Of a stretch of 64,000 nucleotides of DNA, positions 59,679 through 64,000 are shown in pieces. The stretch comes from Bacteroidota bacterium. Its GTDB lineage: Bacteria; Bacteroidota; Bacteroidia; Flavobacteriales; Weeksellaceae. The stretch lies in the NCBI GenBank assembly GCA_023457935.1, contig JAEXBA010000019.1, positions 2,515-66,514 of the forward strand, read 5' to 3'. The first letter of the stretch is position 1. Each line of letters begins with the position of its first letter. The position numbers were made by a program, and so were the translations under genes. The notes beneath the pieces were generated by a model that did not search any database, was not told the origin of the DNA, and saw nothing but the letters and a program-made list of their open reading frames with translations.

Positions 59679-61475
59679 TTAGTCGTTGAGTTTCAGAACG
59701 GCCATAAATGCGCTTTGCGGGACTTCAACACGGCCAATTTGCTTCATTTTTTTCTTACCTTCCTTCTGTTTTTCAAGAAGTTTACGCTTTCTGGAAATAT
59801 CACCTCCGTAACATTTCGCAGTAACGTCTTTTCTTAGAGCTTTTACATTCTCACGGGCAATTACCTTTGCTCCGAGCGCTGCCTGAATTGCAATATCAAA
59901 CTGCTGTCTCGGAATAAGTTCACGCAATTTCTCACACATTTTCTTCCCGATATAATAAGCATTGCTTTCGTGAATAAGTGAGGAAAGTGCATCCACCATA
60001 TCGCCGTTGATCAGAATATCCATCTTCACCAGTTTTGATGCGCGGAATCCAATCGGATGATAGTCAAACGATGCATATCCTTTCGAAATGGATTTCAGAC
60101 GGTCATAAAAATCAAAAACAACTTCGGAAAGAGGCATATTGAAAACAAGTTCAACACGGTCTGCCGTTAGATAACTCTGGTTCACTATTTCACCACGTTT
60201 TTCAATACAAAGCGTCATCACCGAACCTACAAACTCCGATTTTGTAATGATGGTTGCCTTGATGTACGGTTCCTCAACGCGGTCCAGACCGGCTGGATCA
60301 AGCATATCTGAAGGATTGTTAATCAGAATCATGTTGTCTGGCTCTTTCTTGGAATACCCGTGATAGGAAACGTTGGGCACTGTTGTGATGACATTCATAT
60401 TGAACTCACGGTCCAGCCTTTCCTGAACAATTTCCATGTGAAGCATTCCGAGGAATCCGCAACGGAAACCGAAACCAAGCGCGGCCGAGCTTTCAGCTTC
60501 GAAAACCAATGATGCGTCATTCAGTCTGAGTTTTTCCAGAGAGGTTCTCAGTTCTTCAAAATCCTCGGATTCAATAGGGTAAATTCCTGCAAAAACCATT
60601 GGCTTAACTTCCTCAAAACCTTCAATAGCCGCAGAGGCAGGATTTTCAACAGAAGTTATCGTATCGCCCACTTTTACATCGCGGGCGTCTTTGATTCCGG
60701 AGATAATATAACCAACATCTCCGCATTTTATTTCGTTCTTGGCCACCTGTTTCAGCTTCAGAGTTCCTACTTCATCAGCGTCGTAGGTTTTTTCTGTAGC
60801 CATGAATTTTACTTTCTGTCCTTTTCTGATGGTTCCGTTTACTACTTTAAAGTACGCTTCGATACCGCGGAAAGGGTTGAAAACAGAGTCAAAAATAAGT
60901 GCCTGCAGCGGTGCATCCGGATCTCCTTTCGGTGCCGGAATTCTTTCCACAATCTGTTCAAGCAGATGATGAACGCCCTCGCCTGTTTTACCGGAAACTC
61001 TCAAAACGTCTTCAGGAGCACAGCCCAGAAGATTCACAATTTCATCGGTTACCTCTTCCGGATTTGCTGACGGCAGATCAATTTTATTAAGGATAGGGAT
61101 GATTTCCAGATCATTTTCAAGTGCGAGGTAAAGATTGCTTATCGTCTGTGCCTGAATACTTTGCGCAGCATCAACAATAAGAAGCGCACCTTCGCACGCA
61201 GCGATTGATCTTGACACTTCATAGGAAAAGTCAACGTGTCCGGGTGTATCGATAAGGTTAAGGACATATTTTTCGCCGTTGAGCTCATAATCCATCTGAA
61301 TTGCGTGCGACTTGATGGTGATCCCGCGTTCTTTTTCAAGATCCATATCATCCAGCGTCTGCGCCTGCAACTCTCTCTGTGTCACGGTGTTGGTATATTC
61401 CAAAAGGCGGTCGGCCAGGGTGGATTTACCGTGATCGATATGAGCAATGATGCAAAAATTTCTGATATTCTTCAT
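59679..61475 (-). CDS. lepA: translation elongation factor 4 (LepA)
   Basis: [28 protein letters not shown] and NKIDL motifs. The ATG at 61475 lies 18 nt downstream of a TATCTTTG box, so the longer ORF is rejected. Confidence 0.96.
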   Translation of the reverse strand: MKNIRNFCIIAHIDHGKSTLADRLLEYTNTVTQRELQAQTLDDMDLEKERGITIKSHAIQMDYELNGEKYVLNLIDTPGHVDFSYEVSRSIAACEGALLIVDAAQSIQAQTISNLYLALENDLEIIPILNKIDLPSANPEEVTDEIVNLLGCAPEDVLRVSGKTGEGVHHLLEQIVERIPAPKGDPDAPLQALIFDSVFNPFRGIEAYFKVVNGTIRKGQKVKFMATEKTYDADEVGTLKLKQVAKNEIKCGDVGYIISGIKDARDVKVGDTITSVENPASAAIEGFEEVKPMVFAGIYPIESEDFEELRTSLEKLRLNDASLVFEAESSAALGFGFRCGFLGMLHMEIVQERLDREFNMNVITTVPNVSYHGYSKKEPDNMILINNPSDMLDPAGLDRVEEPYIKATIITKSEFVGSVMTLCIEKRGEIVNQSYLTADRVELVFNMPLSEVVFDFYDRLKSISKGYASFDYHPIGFRASKLVKMDILINGDMVDALSSLIHESNAYYIGKKMCEKLRELIPRQQFDIAIQAALGAKVIARENVKALRKDVTAKCYGGDISRKRKLLEKQKEGKKKMKQIGRVEVPQSAFMAVLKLND

Positions 61476-61493
61476 TAGAATTTTTATAGTTTG

Positions 61494-61501
61494 CAAAGAT
61501 A
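61494..61501 (-). promoter_or_regulatory. -7 box for lepA
   Basis: TATCTTTG on the minus strand, 18 nt before the ATG at 61475. Confidence 0.5.
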
Positions 61502-61620
61502 GCAAAAACGGGGAAAAAATATCACCATGTTTCAGCAGATGGATTCAATTGATTTTCATTGGGTTCAACAGCTTATCCGAAGCGGTTTTACGGTTTTCTC
61601 TCCGTTGAAAACACGTTCTT

Positions 61621-61659
61621 AAAATCAAACGAGCCTTACAAATGAATTGCAAGACTCGT
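61621..61659 (-). terminator. terminator after the ECF three-gene module
   Basis: ACGAGTCTT/AAGGCTCGT stem with one G-U pair, followed by a T-rich tract on the minus strand. Confidence 0.5.
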
Positions 61660-61681
61660 CCAACATTAAAAAAATAAACTA

Positions 61682-62236
61682 TTATGGTTGTCTTCGCGAA
61701 CTGCCTTTGCGGCTTTCGCTGTTGTTTCTGTACGGTGAACTGCCGGAATTTTCTCTTAATTCCCGTTTTCTGTCCATCACTTTGGTTCTCAGCATTCCTT
61801 CATTCTGAAACATTTCCAGTACCTGCTGCGGCTTCATCACTTTCTGGAACCTTTCAGAATATTTCCTTCTGTTATCCAGCAGCTGTTCTCCTACTGCAAA
61901 GCTTTTCTCCAACTCCATTTTGGCTTCCTCATCACTCATCGTGTCGTAATTTTCTTTTGGTGTGAAGCGGCTTTTGATCGCTTTCTGGCTGTCCTGATAT
62001 TCATTGTAAAGCGATCTGAAATCATCCTTTCTGTCTTCGGTAATCTTCAGTTCGTCTACGAGCATGTTTTCCCGGAACTTCTTCAGAAGATCAACTCTTT
62101 CTTCAGGAGACATTTTATTGATGAGCGCTTTGCGCTGCTCCGGGCTGATCTTCTTCCAGTCCTTAATATCCTGGGAATGAGCCGTGCCCGAAACCAGAAT
62201 GGCAAAAAACGCAATTAGCAAAGTTAATTTCTTCAT
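61682..62236 (-). CDS. periplasmic helical K/E-rich protein (Spy/CpxP-like), third gene of the ECF module
   Basis: Signal peptide MKKLTLLIAFFAILVSGTAHSQ followed by a charged, apparently all-helical sequence. Confidence 0.5.
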   Translation of the reverse strand: MKKLTLLIAFFAILVSGTAHSQDIKDWKKISPEQRKALINKMSPEERVDLLKKFRENMLVDELKITEDRKDDFRSLYNEYQDSQKAIKSRFTPKENYDTMSDEEAKMELEKSFAVGEQLLDNRRKYSERFQKVMKPQQVLEMFQNEGMLRTKVMDRKRELRENSGSSPYRNNSESRKGSSRRQP

Positions 62237-62256
62237 TTTAATAAATTGATTCAAAC

Positions 62257-62817
62257 CTAATAATAAAGGTCAAGATAAATATCCTGTTCTGTGTTCTGTG
62301 CCAGCATTTCCAAATCCTCTTCCGAAAAATTCTCTAAAATCTGTTCCACCGGAACCGCGGTAACCGTTGGTTTTGCTGTTTTTGCCGGCGCAGCTTTGGT
62401 TTTGTTAGCGGCAAGAACTTCTTCTGTCTTGGTCACCGTTTGATTTTCTTTCTCTACAGAGGTTAAATCCGATACAAAAGTATGATAATTCTGGGCAGAT
62501 TCTGTAGGTTCTTCAATACTGTTAACAGTTGAAGCCGGTGCAGACAGGACAGCGGACTTGCCTTTTGTTTGTGTATTATCTGCCATGGCTGTTTCCGTAT
62601 TCCCGCGGTTCAGGAAAAATGTAGTTCCTAAAAGCAATGCAACCGCCGCAGCTGCAGCGTACCACCAGTTTTTCCTGCCTTCCGCTTCCGGAATGCTGTA
62701 AACCGGTGTGCTTTCTACCGTTGCCTTCAGAACATTTTCCTGCATTTTAGCAAAAAAATCGTCGGGAACTTCATAGATGTTTTTTCGTTCGAGATTTTCT
62801 ATATCAAAATTTTTCAT
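62257..62817 (-). CDS. putative single-pass anti-sigma factor
   Basis: A cytoplasmic N-terminus of about 50 aa, TM helix WWYAAAAAVALLLGTTFFL and a position directly downstream of the ECF sigma gene. Confidence 0.55.
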   Translation of the reverse strand: MKNFDIENLERKNIYEVPDDFFAKMQENVLKATVESTPVYSIPEAEGRKNWWYAAAAAVALLLGTTFFLNRGNTETAMADNTQTKGKSAVLSAPASTVNSIEEPTESAQNYHTFVSDLTSVEKENQTVTKTEEVLAANKTKAAPAKTAKPTVTAVPVEQILENFSEEDLEMLAQNTEQDIYLDLYY

Positions 62818-62856
62818 TGTAAATCTGATATCTTTTAGTTTTTTGAGAAACAGTGT

Positions 62857-63408
62857 CTATTTCTCGTAGTTTTCCTTAATATAATCTTCTATTTTCTGTT
62901 TTGCGTAATGATAATTGGTTTTCAGAGTTCCAACCGACATATCCACAATCTTCGAAATTTCTTCATAAGGCAAATCGTCGTAATACCTCATGGTAAAAAC
63001 CAACTTCTGTTTTTCCGGCAGCGTTTGGATGGCCTGCTGGAGAAGGAGCTGTATTTCGTCACCTTCGGCGCCGCCGCTGTCTGCAACCAGATTCACCAAG
63101 TGGCTTTCCGCGTCATCATCACTTTTCATCATTCTTTTCATCTTATTCAGCTGTTGCAGCGCCTCGTTTGTTGCGATTCTGTAAAGCCAGGTGTACAACT
63201 GACTGTCCTGCTTGAACTGATGAAAATTCTGATAAGCCTTAATAAACGTTTCCTGCAGTACATCCTGCGCATTGTCGTGATCCACAATCAATCGCCTGAT
63301 GTGCCAGTATAACCGGCTTTGGTAAGTATCCATCAGAAGGCGAAGCCCTTTGTCCTGGCTTCGAGTATCCTGCATTAGAGCAATAATTTCCGCTTCTTTA
63401 ACCTTCAT
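62857..63408 (-). CDS. ECF-type RNA polymerase sigma-70 factor
   Basis: Region 2 (DVLQETFIKAY..., YTWLYRIATNEAL) and a region 4 HTH (YEEISKIVDMSVGTLKTNYHYAKQK). Confidence 0.88.
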   Translation of the reverse strand: MKVKEAEIIALMQDTRSQDKGLRLLMDTYQSRLYWHIRRLIVDHDNAQDVLQETFIKAYQNFHQFKQDSQLYTWLYRIATNEALQQLNKMKRMMKSDDDAESHLVNLVADSGGAEGDEIQLLLQQAIQTLPEKQKLVFTMRYYDDLPYEEISKIVDMSVGTLKTNYHYAKQKIEDYIKENYEK

Positions 63409-63679
63409 TGGATGCTTCGTTGGTTTGATTTCTATTTTGAGCTAAAGTTAAAATTTAATTTAAGAATCTTCAAAAACTATTTTCACCGGAAGATTTTTTA
63501 TTCGGTTTAACTTTGCATTAATGCATTGCAAAAAGTGTGAAAAACTTTGTAATTTTAATTCTGAACTGATTTTTCATCAATTTTTTTTCACTGAACTAAA
63601 ATAATGATTGTGGTTCGCATTATTTTAAAATAGATGTGTTTCTTGCTTAATCAATCCAAACCGGCTTAGAAAATAAAAC

Positions 63680-63687
63680 TAAATTTG
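63680..63687 (+). promoter_or_regulatory. -7 box for the DUF2520-like gene
   Basis: TAAATTTG, 4 nt before the ATG at 63692. Confidence 0.45.
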
Positions 63688-63691
63688 CAGA

Positions 63692-64000
63692 ATGAAAATC
63701 ATCATCATCGGCTCCGGCAACGTGGCGTACCATCTTGCAAAAGCGTTTCAGAACGCCGGAATTTCGGTTGCACAGATTTTCGGAAGGAACGGAAATGATC
63801 TTCAGAAGATATCGGAAGAGCTCAACATACCGTATTCGACTGATAATCTGGATGTTGCTGATTTATATTTAATTGCAGTCAACGACAACGCTATTGCTGA
63901 AGTTTCATCCAAAATCACCGCCCAAAACTGTATTGTGGCGCATACTTCGGGTTCTGTTTCACGTGACACATTGAACGGAACTTTCCGCAAATCAGTATTT
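63692..64000 (+). CDS. Rossmann-fold DUF2520-like protein, 5' part (continues past the window end)
   Basis: MKIIIIGSGNVAYHLAKAF dinucleotide-binding motif. The frame is open to the window end and is absent from the ORF track. Confidence 0.6.
   Translation, partial: MKIIIIGSGNVAYHLAKAFQNAGISVAQIFGRNGNDLQKISEELNIPYSTDNLDVADLYLIAVNDNAIAEVSSKITAQNCIVAHTSGSVSRDTLNGTFRKSVF

Overview
The window looks like core chromosome of a Flavobacteriia bacterium. A Chryseobacterium-group or Weeksellaceae origin is my inference from protein signatures, TAnnTTTG promoter boxes and the lack of Shine-Dalgarno sequences. The centre (16.7-32.8 kb) is a complete Bacteroidetes-style dcw cluster: mraZ-rsmH-ftsL-ftsI-murE-mraY-murD-ftsW-murG-murC-ftsQ-ftsA-ftsZ. 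Housekeeping genes flank it: pepT, thiL, secA, a ROK glucokinase, msrA, yihA, mutL, aat, glmM, feoAB and lepA. There is also a Leu-Gly-Leu tRNA operon and an ECF sigma module. The clearest accessory stretch is a low-GC islet at about 43.3-46.9 kb. It encodes several tiny two-TM proteins, two orphan secreted proteins and a divergent TPR-TM-AraC regulator, and two of these genes are broken at homopolymer tracts. Other points worth a second look are heptanucleotide tandem repeats filling several intergenic spacers of the dcw operon, a putative MraZ operator, promoter boxes abutting start codons (possible leaderless mRNAs), a DUF3127 protein with an SSB-type DDDLPF tail, and a cassette of one outer-membrane barrel with two GLPGLI-family paralogs. 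I found no CRISPR array, rRNA, transposase or integrase. All calls come from reading the translations and sequence by eye; no database search was run.
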